The notes below the pieces were generated by a model, which did not search any database, was not told the DNA's origin, and worked only from the letters and a program-made list of their open reading frames with translations. Shown here one piece after another: positions 10,103 through 20,257 of a stretch of DNA of 64,000 nucleotides. Made by a program: the position numbers and the translations under genes. Within the stretch, counting starts at the first letter, position 1, and each line of letters starts with the position of its first letter. This stretch comes from Minisyncoccota bacterium (lineage in GTDB: Bacteria; Patescibacteriota; Minisyncoccia; Phycocordibacterales; UBA2100): positions 1,356 through 65,355 of the forward strand of contig JARLIE010000183.1 in the NCBI GenBank assembly GCA_031291875.1, given 5' to 3'.

Positions 10103-10528
10103 CTATACAATATCCGTTCCTCTTTCGACTTCCCTTCTGTGGACAGCGTCCTCGTCCATGCCAAAGTGGTGCGCGAACTCATGCCAGATCGTGTCCGCAA
10201 CGATTTTGCGCACCCTCTCTTTGAATTCCTCGTCTGTAGCATCTGGACCGCACTCCTCGTCTGCCATATCGAGCGTCGGCAGTATGTAGATCGTAATCGT
10301 ATCCGGCAAGGTCATTCCGATCCCATACATCTCCCCCCGCGCGGAAAGAGGAACCCCTTTGTAGAGTCCCAACAATGTTTCATTTTCACCTAATCCCTGT
10401 GCCACTCTGTCCTCCCTCGAGGGTTCGTTTTCGATCAAAATCGCAACATTGGAAATCTTTTCGCGCACCCATGCCGGCAGCTGGTCGTAACCTTCGATGA
10501 CAAGTTGCTCGAATTCGTCCTGGTTCAT
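10103..10528 (-). CDS. zincin-like metallopeptidase (HExxH)
   Basis: 141 aa with C-terminal HEFAHHFG motif, typical of small Zn-metallopeptidase-like proteins. Confidence 0.65.
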   Translation of the reverse strand: MNQDEFEQLVIEGYDQLPAWVREKISNVAILIENEPSREDRVAQGLGENETLLGLYKGVPLSARGEMYGIGMTLPDTITIYILPTLDMADEECGPDATDEEFKERVRKIVADTIWHEFAHHFGMDEDAVHRREVERGTDIV

Positions 10529-10567
10529 AGAGGGGCGGGAAATACCGCCTCGAGTAGCAGGTACAAC

Positions 10568-11101
10568 TTACTGCTCCACGAGTTCGGCGAAGCGCTTTTT
10601 TACCTTTTCTATCTTTGGCTCAATAATGAGCTGGCAATACGGCGCGTTGGTGTTGGTTTTGAAATAATCCTGGTGATACTCTTCAGCCTTGTAGAAGTGT
10701 TCGAGTGGAATGACCTGGGTCACGACGCGAGTGTCGTCGTTGAGTGATTCATTCACTTCTTTGATGAGTTTCTGAGCAACCGCTTTCTCTTCTTCGCTCT
10801 GATATAGAATAACCGAGCGATATTGTTCGCCGACGTCGGGCCCCTGTCGATTGGGAGTCGTCGGGTCGTGCGAGCCGAAAAAAACCGTTAGCAAATCTTC
10901 GTACGAAATAATCGAAGGGTCATATGTGACGCGGATAACCTCAGCGTGTCCCGTGGTACCGTTCGAAACCTGCTCGTACGAAGGGTTCTCTTTGGCGCCG
11001 CCAGCGTAACCCGATTCGACTTTCGAGACACCCTTGAGCATTTCAAAGACGGCCTCGGTGCACCAAAAGCATCCTCCTCCGAATACTGCCGTTTTTTCCA
11101 T
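10568..11101 (-). CDS. msrA: peptide-methionine (S)-S-oxide reductase
   Basis: 177 aa with the GCFWC active-site motif near the N-terminus. Confidence 0.95.
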   Translation of the reverse strand: MEKTAVFGGGCFWCTEAVFEMLKGVSKVESGYAGGAKENPSYEQVSNGTTGHAEVIRVTYDPSIISYEDLLTVFFGSHDPTTPNRQGPDVGEQYRSVILYQSEEEKAVAQKLIKEVNESLNDDTRVVTQVIPLEHFYKAEEYHQDYFKTNTNAPYCQLIIEPKIEKVKKRFAELVEQ

Positions 11102-11163
11102 AAGAAGTACTCTAGCACGATCTCGTGCGCCGCTTGTAAGAAACCACAGTCTCGAGGTGTAGT

Positions 11164-13023
11164 ATGAGCGTACTTCATCTACTCACACTCATTTCATACT
11201 TCATGCGCCCAAAAATTTCCGCTTATTGGCTAAGAAGCAAGCAATTCGTGCGTGCTCACAAAATTTGGAGCGCCGTCATCACCGTATGCGTCCTTGGCGG
11301 AGGATGGTTTATATACGGCAAAGTACAAGCCTCCACAACACCCACGCAGTACGTACTCTCAAACGTACAGACAGGCACAATCATTCAAACGGTCTCGGGT
11401 TCCGGACAAGTGACCCCGTCGAACCAAATAACGATCAATCCGCAAGCCTCGGGACAAATAACTCAGGTTTATGTAAAAGACGGACAGCAGGTGCGAGCCG
11501 GACAAGCAATTGCCTCTATTGATTCCACCAGCGAGTACAACTCCGTCCAAAGCGCGAAAGCCTCGCTCCAGAGCGCACAACTTTCATTGCAAAAGCTGCA
11601 AGAACCGCCGACCCAGCTTCAGCTCACGCAAGCGCAAGATGCCATAACGAAAGCGCAGCAAAGCCTCCAAACGGACCAGACGAATTTGGATAACGCCTAC
11701 GGCACCGCTTATAGCGATATTGTTTCAACATTTCTGGATCTCCCGACCATCCAGAGTCAGTTGCAAGACGTCGATACAGGTACCGAAGCGGCGCACGGCG
11801 CGCAGTGGAACATCGACTTCTACCAGGGCGTGCTCGAGAATTGGGATTCGACTGATGCGATCTCCTACCGCACTACGGCATATACCGATTTCATGACCGC
11901 GCAGAGCGCGTACAATAGTACCTACCCGGATTTCCAAAAGACGAACGCGCAATCCGCGACCTCAAGCATCGTTTCCCTTCTCAAAGAAACGTACTCCAGC
12001 GTACAAGAGGAGCAAACAGCCCTCAACAGCGCGAATTCCTTCATTCAATTCTATATAAACCAGGTCAATAACCATCAACAAAACCCCGTCAGTGAAGCAA
12101 ATACTTCGCTCACCACGCTCTCGTCGGATATCACCAAGATCAATTCGCACTTGAGTGCCCTTCAAAACGACAAAAATCAGATCATCTCCTACCAGCAAGC
12201 GATCGTAAATGATCAGAATTCGATTACTGAAGACCAGCAATCATTGCAACAGCTTCAGAAGGGCGCGGACCAGCTCGATATTCAGTCCAGCCAGCTTTCA
12301 ATTCAACAGCAGGAAAACGCGCTTGCGCAAGCCGAGCAGCAGCTCGCGAATTACACCATCACAGCCCCGATTTCGGGGACGATTGCCAATCTTGCTCTTG
12401 CAATTGGAGACACGGTCGGGAGCGGAACCAACGCCGCGACGCTTATCACCAACGAACAGATTGCGGAACTTTCGCTCAACGAAGTCGACGCCGCCAAGGT
12501 GCAGGTGGGGCAAAACGCGACGCTTACATTCGACGCAATTCCAAACCTTTCCTTGAGCGGTACTGTTATCGATGTTTCTCCGCTTGGTACCGTTTCGCAG
12601 GGTGTCGTTTCGTACGAAGTGAAAATCGGATTCACTACGCAAGACGCTCGTGTGCGCGCCGGCATGACGGTGAACGCGAACATTCAAAGTGCCGTACATT
12701 CCAATGTGCTCGAAGTCCCGGCGAGCGCGATCCACACCACCAACGGCCAAAGCTACGTGCTCGCATTCAATCCCGCGCTCCCCGCAAACACTTCGAGTCC
12801 GGTCACCAGTTCGCAAACTCCCCAACCGATTCCCGTCACGATTGGTATCTCCGACAACACAAATACCGAAATCGATTCCGGTCTCACCGCAGGACAACAG
12901 ATCGTCTCGCGCACGATCGGGGGCAGCACCGCGACTGCCGCTTCCGCAGCAACAACCCGAGGAATCGGTGGCGGCGGAGGCGGCATGTTTATCGGAGGCT
13001 CCACAAGGGCGATCGGCGGTTGA
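11164..13023 (+). CDS. HlyD-family periplasmic adaptor (membrane fusion protein) with a very long coiled-coil hairpin; the likely start is ATG 11203
   Basis: N-terminal TM helix, Gln/Ser/Ala-rich heptad region of about 350 aa, then C-terminal beta-barrel/lipoyl-like motifs (YTITAPISGTIANL, GMTVNANI). It precedes a MacB-type ATPase and permease. Confidence 0.8.
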   Translation: MSVLHLLTLISYFMRPKISAYWLRSKQFVRAHKIWSAVITVCVLGGGWFIYGKVQASTTPTQYVLSNVQTGTIIQTVSGSGQVTPSNQITINPQASGQITQVYVKDGQQVRAGQAIASIDSTSEYNSVQSAKASLQSAQLSLQKLQEPPTQLQLTQAQDAITKAQQSLQTDQTNLDNAYGTAYSDIVSTFLDLPTIQSQLQDVDTGTEAAHGAQWNIDFYQGVLENWDSTDAISYRTTAYTDFMTAQSAYNSTYPDFQKTNAQSATSSIVSLLKETYSSVQEEQTALNSANSFIQFYINQVNNHQQNPVSEANTSLTTLSSDITKINSHLSALQNDKNQIISYQQAIVNDQNSITEDQQSLQQLQKGADQLDIQSSQLSIQQQENALAQAEQQLANYTITAPISGTIANLALAIGDTVGSGTNAATLITNEQIAELSLNEVDAAKVQVGQNATLTFDAIPNLSLSGTVIDVSPLGTVSQGVVSYEVKIGFTTQDARVRAGMTVNANIQSAVHSNVLEVPASAIHTTNGQSYVLAFNPALPANTSSPVTSSQTPQPIPVTIGISDNTNTEIDSGLTAGQQIVSRTIGGSTATAASAATTRGIGGGGGGMFIGGSTRAIGG

Positions 13024-13040
13024 GCTATTAAACAATCGCC

Positions 13041-13766
13041 ATGATCGAAGTAAAAAACATCACCAAAACGTATGGAGCCGGTGACACGGCATTCCAAGCG
13101 CTCAAAGGCGTGACCTTTACCGTGAAGGACGGCGAGTTTGTGGCGATCATGGGCCCTTCCGGCTCCGGCAAGTCGACGCTCATGCATATCCTCGGCTGCC
13201 TCGATACGCCGAGTTCGGGCGAATATTTTCTCGACGGTAAAGACGTATCAAAGCTCAGTGACGAAGAACTCGCCGATATTCGCAAGCAAAAAATCGGGTT
13301 CGTTTTCCAATCATTCAATCTTCTTCCGCGCACGACGGTATTGCGCAATGTCATGCTTCCGCTCGTGTACGCGGGCGTCGGTGAAGAGGAGCGCAAACGC
13401 AGAGCCGGAGTCGCGCTCACGTCTGCAGGCTTGCCCGAATCGCACTTTCTCCACAAATCAAACGAGCTTTCCGGAGGACAAATTCAACGCGTCGCAATCG
13501 CTCGCGCCCTCGTCAACGACCCTTCCCTTATCCTCGCCGACGAACCAACGGGCAACCTCGACACTCGCACCGGCGAAATCGTGCTCGGCACGTTTCAAAA
13601 GCTCAACGAAGAACACGGACGCACAATCGTATTGATTACCCACGAACCCGACGTTGCCGAACACGCGCAGCGTATCATCACTATCCGCGACGGTCTGATT
13701 GTTTCTGATGCCAAAGCGCACGCGCAACGATCAGCGAAGCACCACGTCGAACCTCTTACCAGCTAA
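13041..13766 (+). CDS. ABC transporter ATP-binding protein, MacB/LolD family
   Basis: Walker [10 protein letters not shown], signature [15 protein letters not shown], Walker [12 protein letters not shown]. Confidence 0.93.
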   Translation: MIEVKNITKTYGAGDTAFQALKGVTFTVKDGEFVAIMGPSGSGKSTLMHILGCLDTPSSGEYFLDGKDVSKLSDEELADIRKQKIGFVFQSFNLLPRTTVLRNVMLPLVYAGVGEEERKRRAGVALTSAGLPESHFLHKSNELSGGQIQRVAIARALVNDPSLILADEPTGNLDTRTGEIVLGTFQKLNEEHGRTIVLITHEPDVAEHAQRIITIRDGLIVSDAKAHAQRSAKHHVEPLTS

Positions 13767-13767
13767 T

Positions 13768-14991
13768 ATGACTCTTAAAGATACTTTGGAGGAAACATAT
13801 ACCGCACTTTCGGCCAATAAGGTTCGTAGCGGTCTTACCATCTTGGGTATCGTCATCGGTATTTCCTCCGTAATTACGCTTGTTTCGATCGGCCAAGGTG
13901 CCACGGCGTCGATCCAGAGTTCGATTCAATCACTTGGTTCCAACCTGCTGCTGGTCACGCCGGGAGCATCAAAAACAGTCGGTTTCGGTGTTGCAACGGC
14001 TCGAGGTAGCGCTCAAACCCTCACAAATGCCGACGCGAACGCAATCGCATCGCAAGTGCAGAATGTCGCCGCAGTCGCACAAGAATCTCAAGGACGCTAC
14101 CAAATTGCGGGTGTGGGCACCAACACCAACACCTCTGTCGACGGCGTAACTTCCTCGTACGCGAGCGTTCGAAACGTACAAGTTGGCGACGGTACGTTCA
14201 TTACCGACGAACAAAACACCGAGCTCGCAAAAGTTGCGGTACTCGGACCTACCGTTGTTTCTGATCTTATCGCCTCGGGTACGGAGCCGGTCGGTCAGAC
14301 GATACGCATCAACGGACAGCAATTTACGGTCGTCGGCGTCACCCTTTCCAAAGGTGCCTCCGGTGCGGGCAGCCAGGACGACACGATTTATATTCCGCTT
14401 TCGACCGAGCAGTTGTACCTTGCGGGAAATCAGTACCTGACAGCGATCGACGTACAGGCGGCGAGCGCAGACACCATGACGCAGGCGCAAAACGATGTCA
14501 CCGACCTCCTGCTGCAGCGCCACAATATTTCCAATCCAAGCAACGCCGATTTCAGTGTGCTCAACCAAGCAGATATCCTCGCGAGCGCCTCCTCTATTAC
14601 CGGCACGCTCACGTACCTGCTCGGCGCGATCGCCGGTATCTCGCTTCTTGTCGGCGGCATCGGTATCATGAACATGATGCTCACCACGGTGACGGAACGC
14701 ACCCGTGAAATCGGTCTGCGCAAAGCAATCGGCGCAAAACAGGCAGACATCAGCATGCAATTTCTCGTCGAAGCTGTGACACTCACCCTTATCGGCGGCG
14801 TCACCGGCATCATCCTCGGCCTTGCATTATCCTTCGGAGTCAATGCGACGGGAATCGTCCATACAAGCGTTTCGTGGTCAGCGATTTTGCTTGCGTTCGG
14901 TGTTTCCGCCGCGATCGGTATAGCCTTCGGTTGGTATCCTGCCAGAAGGGCGGCGAGCCTCAATCCAATAGAGGCGCTGCGCTATGAATAA
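13768..14991 (+). CDS. ABC transporter permease, FtsX/MacB-type
   Basis: N-terminal TM helix, large periplasmic domain, then C-terminal FtsX-like 3-TM bundle (MNMMLTTVTERTREIGLRKAIGA). The ATG at 13768 immediately follows the ATPase stop. Confidence 0.88.
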   Translation: MTLKDTLEETYTALSANKVRSGLTILGIVIGISSVITLVSIGQGATASIQSSIQSLGSNLLLVTPGASKTVGFGVATARGSAQTLTNADANAIASQVQNVAAVAQESQGRYQIAGVGTNTNTSVDGVTSSYASVRNVQVGDGTFITDEQNTELAKVAVLGPTVVSDLIASGTEPVGQTIRINGQQFTVVGVTLSKGASGAGSQDDTIYIPLSTEQLYLAGNQYLTAIDVQAASADTMTQAQNDVTDLLLQRHNISNPSNADFSVLNQADILASASSITGTLTYLLGAIAGISLLVGGIGIMNMMLTTVTERTREIGLRKAIGAKQADISMQFLVEAVTLTLIGGVTGIILGLALSFGVNATGIVHTSVSWSAILLAFGVSAAIGIAFGWYPARRAASLNPIEALRYE

Positions 14992-15020
14992 TTACCACTA
15001 ATAGAATTAACCCTAGTACT

Positions 15021-15476
15021 ATGAAGAAAATTTGGATCGCAACACTGGCTTCGGCCGTTATATTCGGAGGAATCGGCTACTACGTCGGCTCAACGAGCAC
15101 TACAGGTCAGGCAACCACTGTATCAGGCGCCGGAAAGACGTTTGTCACGCGCGGCGCGTACGGAGGCGGGGCGGGAGTAGGTGCAACCATCGGCACAGTG
15201 ATTCAAACTGGAAGCGGCACTTTCACGATCCAACTGCCTGCATCCACCTCGAGCACAGCGACTACGGGCACAAAACTCGTTCTTGTCGATAATTCGACGC
15301 AAGTCCAAGAACTCCAAAGCGTGCCCACGTCGAATATCCAGACCGGCCAAATGGTTACGGTTGCTGGCATCACCAATAGCGACGGCTCGATTACCGCATC
15401 CAATGTCATGATTCGCCCGAGTACGAGCCGAAACGGAGCTGGTGCTTCGGCGGGAGCACAAATCAGCACACAGTAA
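15021..15476 (+). CDS. membrane-anchored Thr/Gly-rich hypothetical protein
   Basis: 151 aa. Signal/TM helix MKKIWIATLASAVIFGGIGYYV followed by low-complexity sequence. It is the last gene of the efflux operon. Confidence 0.55.
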   Translation: MKKIWIATLASAVIFGGIGYYVGSTSTTGQATTVSGAGKTFVTRGAYGGGAGVGATIGTVIQTGSGTFTIQLPASTSSTATTGTKLVLVDNSTQVQELQSVPTSNIQTGQMVTVAGITNSDGSITASNVMIRPSTSRNGAGASAGAQISTQ

Positions 15477-15483
15477 CGGCACA

Positions 15484-15524
15484 CAAAGCCGCGACGAAAA
15501 TAGTCTCGTCGCGGCTTTCGTTTT
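15484..15524 (+). terminator. Rho-independent terminator
   Basis: AGCCGCGACGA-aaatagtc-TCGTCGCGGCT followed by TTCGTTTTG. Confidence 0.7.
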
Positions 15525-15559
15525 GCCAAATCGTTGCAGATGCCCAAACGAGCACTGGT

Positions 15560-17047
15560 TTACTCTGTTGATTTCGGACGAAGCAAGGGGAATATTTGCG
15601 CCAGGTGCGTCGGCTTATTTTCAAGAAACGCGAAGACGCGCTCCGACATGCCAAAACCGAAGCTCGGCGGCATGCCGTATTCCATCGCTTTCACATAATC
15701 GAGATCTAGCCGTTGCGCCTCTGCGTCTCCGGCATCGCGCAAACGCTGCTGCTCTTCAAATCGTTCGCGCTGATCGATCGGATCATTGAGCTCGCTAAAG
15801 CCTTTGCCGAGCTCAGAGCCAGCGATGACAATCTGCAGGCGCTCGACGGTACGAGGGTCGCCCGAAAACTTCTTCGCGAGCGGCTCAAGATACACAGGAA
15901 TACCGACGAGAAATGCCGGACCGGATATAGTTTTGCGAATCGATTTCCACAAATGATCAATCGCCCGCGGCAAGTTGAGTTCTTCACCGACCTCAAGCTT
16001 CGCGTCACGAACAGCTTGGATCGCCTCTTCCTCAGTGCATGTCAGAGGATCTATACCGAATTTTTCTTGTATCACTGAGCAAAGGTTGATCACCTGCCAT
16101 TCCTCAGCCAGATCGACGGTATGCGCTCCAATTTCAAAGGTGTATTTGCCATACACCTCCTTAGCGATGTGGCGAAACAGCGCCTTTAGGAAATCGCCGC
16201 CTTCCTTGAGCGAACTAAACGCTTCGTAGCTTTCGAGCTGGGTATAGTCTTGGAGGTGTTCGCGCGACTGACCCTCGTTGCGGAAAATACGGCCGATCTC
16301 GAATACCTTTGGGAAACCTGCGACCAGGAGTCGCTTGAGCCAGAGTTCGAGCGAAATGCGCAGCGACACATCGATGTCGAGCGCGTTGTGGTGCGTAAGA
16401 AACGGCCGCGCGTCGGCCCCTCCCGGTGAGGTTTCAAGCACCGGCGTTTCTACTTCAAGGAATCCTCGCGCGAGGTAGAACTCACGGATTGCCTGCCAAA
16501 ATTTGGTGCGACGTTCGATCATCGCTCGCGTCTCTGGATTGACCAAGATGTCGAGGTAGCGTTCACGCAAAATCTTTTCTTCGTCTTTAAGGCCGAACCA
16601 TTCATCAGGGATCGGCAAAAGCGACTTCGCGAGCATTTTCCAGCCAGAAACTTTGAGCGATTTCTCGCCGCGTTTGGTTTTGTACGCGACGCCAGAAACC
16701 TCGACGAAATCGCCCATATCAACGGCGCTCGCAAACAGATCAAACCCGTCCAAGGTCTCCCCTTGCGGTGCTATGTTGTCGTCTTTTTGCAGGACTACTT
16801 GTGTTCTTCCAGTACCGTCAAAAAGGTCCGCAAATGCAATACCGCCTTGTCCACGCATCGCCATGACGCGGCCCGCCAAAACGACAGTGGCTGCACCATG
16901 TTCCAGTTGTTCAAAGTCGGCAATAAAGCCGCCGATCGCCATATCGCGCTGCGACTGTGCCGGATACGGGTCGATGCCGGCCGCTTTCAAAAGCTCAAGT
17001 TTCTTGAGCCTATCCGCGCGGATATCTGCTTCGCTCATGCGCGCCAC
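15560..17047 (-). CDS. lysS: lysyl-tRNA synthetase, class II
   Basis: 495 aa. N-terminal OB anticodon-binding domain, class II motifs (FRNEG, GGADARPF). Confidence 0.95.
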   Translation of the reverse strand: MARMSEADIRADRLKKLELLKAAGIDPYPAQSQRDMAIGGFIADFEQLEHGAATVVLAGRVMAMRGQGGIAFADLFDGTGRTQVVLQKDDNIAPQGETLDGFDLFASAVDMGDFVEVSGVAYKTKRGEKSLKVSGWKMLAKSLLPIPDEWFGLKDEEKILRERYLDILVNPETRAMIERRTKFWQAIREFYLARGFLEVETPVLETSPGGADARPFLTHHNALDIDVSLRISLELWLKRLLVAGFPKVFEIGRIFRNEGQSREHLQDYTQLESYEAFSSLKEGGDFLKALFRHIAKEVYGKYTFEIGAHTVDLAEEWQVINLCSVIQEKFGIDPLTCTEEEAIQAVRDAKLEVGEELNLPRAIDHLWKSIRKTISGPAFLVGIPVYLEPLAKKFSGDPRTVERLQIVIAGSELGKGFSELNDPIDQRERFEEQQRLRDAGDAEAQRLDLDYVKAMEYGMPPSFGFGMSERVFAFLENKPTHLAQIFPLLRPKSTE

Positions 17048-17074
17048 TATAGCATGTCCACCAATGCTTGAGGA

Positions 17075-17533
17075 TTACTGCTGCGACTGTACGACGCAGT
17101 TGTTGAACGTAGTTGTTCCGTTCTCCTCGATGAACGCACCGTTGCCTTTGCTCCAGAAAATGAATGTTTCTGCACCCGGTTTGCCCGTCGCGATTTGGGG
17201 ATTGCCATTGGAGTACCGCGCGCCGTCGGCGGAAAGCGTTTGCGCGAGCGTCATCTGACGACCGTCAGAAAGCACCAACTGAACGGAGTTGCCGGTCGTG
17301 GTTGCGGTCGATGCATTCAGATAGGTCGCATCGATTGTCTTGCCGGCGTCGCAGGAGTATTTTGCCTCAATACTTTGGCTCGTGGCGCCCGTTGTACTTG
17401 CGGTAGTTTGCGTTTGAGTCGTCGTCGGCGGGAGTGAGGAGGTGCCATTGGCTGCAAGAATGAGAAGCAGCACGATAATCACGAGGATAACAATGATGAT
17501 AAGCGCCCACATTCCCTTTCGTGAATTGTTCAT
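17075..17533 (-). CDS. MliC-family (membrane-bound lysozyme inhibitor of C-type lysozyme)-like lipoprotein
   Basis: TM/signal anchor, Thr-rich linker, then domain YSCDAGKTIDATY...LVLSDGRQMTLAQTLSADGARY...FWSKGNGAFIE...NC. This matches the MliC consensus, including the paired Cys. Confidence 0.55.
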   Translation of the reverse strand: MNNSRKGMWALIIIVILVIIVLLLILAANGTSSLPPTTTQTQTTASTTGATSQSIEAKYSCDAGKTIDATYLNASTATTTGNSVQLVLSDGRQMTLAQTLSADGARYSNGNPQIATGKPGAETFIFWSKGNGAFIEENGTTTFNNCVVQSQQ

Positions 17534-17558
17534 AAGCGGCAGTATAGCACCGAAAGAT

Positions 17559-17981
17559 TCAGGATTTGTGAATAGTATTTACCGTCCGCAAGATGCGCTT
17601 GAGATGCGCGAGGTCGCGCTCGGGCAGCTTAGAAAAAACCTTTTTCATTGTTTTTTCGCCCTGCTTGCGGTAGTGCACCACCTCGCGTCGCCCATCGGCC
17701 GTCAGCGAAATGCGGACGATGCGCTTGTCCGAACCGGATGAGGTACGCTCGATCCAACCGAGTTCAAAGAGTTTGCGCATCAGCGATGTCGCGGACGGTG
17801 CGGTCACTTGGAGGTGCTTAGCGATTTCCCGCATGGTCGGCTGCTCGTGCTCGTCGATAAAACGAAGCGTTTCGCAACGCATCCAGGCATTCGGATCCGG
17901 TCGTCGCGGCAAATTTGCCCGGATCGTTTGCTTCGTTTCGAAGAATAGCGATGTGAGTTCCTGAAAGTTGTTTTTGCTCAT
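17559..17981 (-). CDS. MarR-family transcriptional regulator
   Basis: 140 aa with a winged HTH (PTMREIAKHLQVTAPSATSLMRKLFELGWIER...DKRIVRISLTADGRR). Confidence 0.85.
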   Translation of the reverse strand: MSKNNFQELTSLFFETKQTIRANLPRRPDPNAWMRCETLRFIDEHEQPTMREIAKHLQVTAPSATSLMRKLFELGWIERTSSGSDKRIVRISLTADGRREVVHYRKQGEKTMKKVFSKLPERDLAHLKRILRTVNTIHKS

Positions 17982-17984
17982 ACG

Positions 17985-19463
17985 TTAGGCTTCAACATGT
18001 ACGTGCGCTGCTGCTGCGTCGCGGTTCGTACGCATAAGAAGGATGGGAAACGCCGAGAGGAACATGCAGGCTGCGCCGATGAGGAACACTTCCCCATAGG
18101 CCGCGATCTGGGCCTTGAGCTCGATAAGCGCGATTCCCTGTCTGATCACAGAAGGATCGGTGCTTCGAATCACGCTGCTTTGAGCGATTGTAAAGACGTT
18201 CTGATTCTCGGCATCCTGCAAAATGGTTCCGAAGATCGCGATGCCGAACGCACCACCGATATTGCGAAAGAGCGCGAGGATGCCTGAGGCGATACCAATC
18301 TCACTCGCTGGCACGAGCGAGGCGATGATGTTGGTGCGCTGCGCCATGCCGGAGCCCATGAAAAATGCCATGACGACCAGCGGCCATACGATTTCCCACG
18401 CGGTCGTTGTTGCCTGAAGATACGACAGGAAAAAGAAGCCGATCGCGGCGCCAGCGGTTGAAACGAAGATAACCCAACGAGGTTCGACCCTTTGATTGAA
18501 TCTTGAACCGATGGCCGCAGCGATCGGGATCGTGAGGCCCATCGGGATGAACAGGTAGCCGCTTTCCGTCGCGGTATAGCCGAGGAATGTTTGCGCGAAA
18601 ACGGGAATAAGGAAGATGCTTCCCATCATGCACATAAACATGAGGAAGTTATTGAAAAGCGCATTCACGAAATTGCCGATCTTGAAAAACTTGAAATCGA
18701 TAACAGGCTCTTTGTGGGTGCGTTCGACGTAGAAAAAGATGACGCCGAATACCGCCGTCACCGCGTAGCAGACGACGGCGTTGAGCGAAAGCCAGCCCCA
18801 GCTTTGCCCCTGGTCGAGCACCATTACGAGGGTCGCAAGTGCGACTCCGAGTGTCGCTGCTCCCCACCAGTCGAACTGTTTTGCCTGGCGTTCACCGATC
18901 GATTCATGCACGTACGCCATCGCCATCGCGAGGCCGACGAGACCAACCGGCACATTGATGAAGAACACCGAGCGCCAGCCGAAGGAGTCGATCAGCGGAC
19001 CACCAATCAGAGGACCGAAAACGGCCGCGGACGCGAATGCGCCCGACCAAATACCGAGCGCCATGGCGCGCTCCTTTGGCTCACGGAACGTGAGCGTGAG
19101 AATCGCCATCGCCGTCGGATAGTCCGCACTCGAAGCGATGGCTTGGATAATGCGAAACACGATCATCGACGTGAGGTTCCACGCAAGGCCAGCGAGCACC
19201 GAACCGACAATGAAGATGACGAAACCCCAGATATACACTTTTTTGCGACCCATCGTATCGCCGAGCTTGCCCCAAACGGGCACGAACACGGCGTTGGCGA
19301 TAATGTAGGCAGTCGCGATCCAAGAAGCATTCGTGACATTAATGTTGAAGTCATTGATCATCTTCGGCAGCGCGAGGTTGACCACTGTTTGGTCCAAGCG
19401 CCCCAAAAACGTTCCGACGATAACGGTAGTGAGTACGAGCCATTTGTTGATTCCTTCTTGCAT
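17985..19463 (-). CDS. MFS transporter, DHA2 (EmrB/QacA) family
   Basis: 492 aa, about 14 TM helices, MFS motif GKLGDTMGRKKV. Confidence 0.9.
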   Translation of the reverse strand: MQEGINKWLVLTTVIVGTFLGRLDQTVVNLALPKMINDFNINVTNASWIATAYIIANAVFVPVWGKLGDTMGRKKVYIWGFVIFIVGSVLAGLAWNLTSMIVFRIIQAIASSADYPTAMAILTLTFREPKERAMALGIWSGAFASAAVFGPLIGGPLIDSFGWRSVFFINVPVGLVGLAMAMAYVHESIGERQAKQFDWWGAATLGVALATLVMVLDQGQSWGWLSLNAVVCYAVTAVFGVIFFYVERTHKEPVIDFKFFKIGNFVNALFNNFLMFMCMMGSIFLIPVFAQTFLGYTATESGYLFIPMGLTIPIAAAIGSRFNQRVEPRWVIFVSTAGAAIGFFFLSYLQATTTAWEIVWPLVVMAFFMGSGMAQRTNIIASLVPASEIGIASGILALFRNIGGAFGIAIFGTILQDAENQNVFTIAQSSVIRSTDPSVIRQGIALIELKAQIAAYGEVFLIGAACMFLSAFPILLMRTNRDAAAAHVHVEA

Positions 19464-19481
19464 GTTTTTGGTGTTTTGGTG

Positions 19482-19599
19482 GGAAGTTCTTTGCCGTATA
19501 AGCTTTTAGGTTCCCGTCCTCGCAGACCGCGTTCCTGCCAACCAGTTTGGGCCGGTGCCTGCTGCGAAGGAACTAAAAGCTTATACGGCAAAGAACTTC
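19482..19599. repeat. long near-perfect inverted repeat (27-bp perfect core within about 32-bp arms) with a 54-nt spacer
   Basis: Arm 19482-19514 GGAAGTTCTTTGCCGTATAAGCTTTTAGGTTCC. Arm 19569-19599 GGAACTAAAAGCTTATACGGCAAAGAACTTC. It is immediately followed by the direct repeat CTTCAACTCACCT x2 (19597-19627). It lies in the intercistronic/5'-UTR region of the MFS gene. Confidence 0.8.
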
Positions 19600-19623
19600 A
19601 ACTCACCTGAACCTTCAACTCAC

Positions 19624-20253
19624 CTACTGCGTGTAGATCCACATGCGCGCCGACATGCCGTTTTTGAGTTGCGGATACTCGGTCGTGTCGAATCGCGCCT
19701 TCACGTCGAAATCTTGCTCTTCGCGTTGGTTGGAAATGTTGAACACGACTTGCGATTGTTTCGATGTGGGCGAAACCTCGTCGATAACGCCGCTGAAGGT
19801 CTTGCCGCCGTAGGCGTCGACGGTAAAGGTAACCGGCTCACCAACCTTGATGCGATCGAGTCCTTCGTTTTCCTGCACCTGACCAACTACGCGCAATTGC
19901 GTAGGATCGATCATGGTGACAACCGGAGAACCGGCAGTAACTTGCGAGCCGATCTGGTTGGGCACCGAAATGATCACGCCAGCGACTTGTGTCTGAATCA
20001 ATTCGTTGCCGACCTGGGCGACCGTAAAGTTGGCCGGAACCTCGTCTCCCTCCTTTACGTACACGTTTTGTAAGATCCCCGGCTGAGACGGCGAGAGTGC
20101 GATCTCCGGTGCAGTAATAGACGCCTGATCAACATATACCTGCTGCGATTGGATCCAGAGGTAAATGCCGGTGCCAGTGAGGCCAGCGATTACGGCGACG
20201 ATGAGGCCGGTAATGATCCAGGTGCGACGCGAATGATGTTTGTGTTCTGCCAT
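19624..20253 (-). CDS. HlyD-family secretion/adaptor protein, short form (EmrA-like)
   Basis: 209 aa. N-terminal TM helix, lipoyl-like and beta-barrel segments, no coiled-coil. It lies directly upstream of the MFS gene. Confidence 0.7.
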   Translation of the reverse strand: MAEHKHHSRRTWIITGLIVAVIAGLTGTGIYLWIQSQQVYVDQASITAPEIALSPSQPGILQNVYVKEGDEVPANFTVAQVGNELIQTQVAGVIISVPNQIGSQVTAGSPVVTMIDPTQLRVVGQVQENEGLDRIKVGEPVTFTVDAYGGKTFSGVIDEVSPTSKQSQVVFNISNQREEQDFDVKARFDTTEYPQLKNGMSARMWIYTQ

Positions 20254-20257
20254 ACGA

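Noticed and set aside
12298-14760. Long antisense ORFs (245 aa, 263 aa and others) opposite the MFP/ABC operon
   Set aside because: They are antisense to genes with clear ABC/HlyD motifs. They are Arg/Cys-rich nonsense typical of high-GC shadow frames.
18591-19610. 339-aa plus-strand ORF rich in Arg/His/Glu
   Set aside because: It is antisense to the well-supported MFS transporter gene. The composition is typical of out-of-frame translation of GC-rich membrane-protein DNA.
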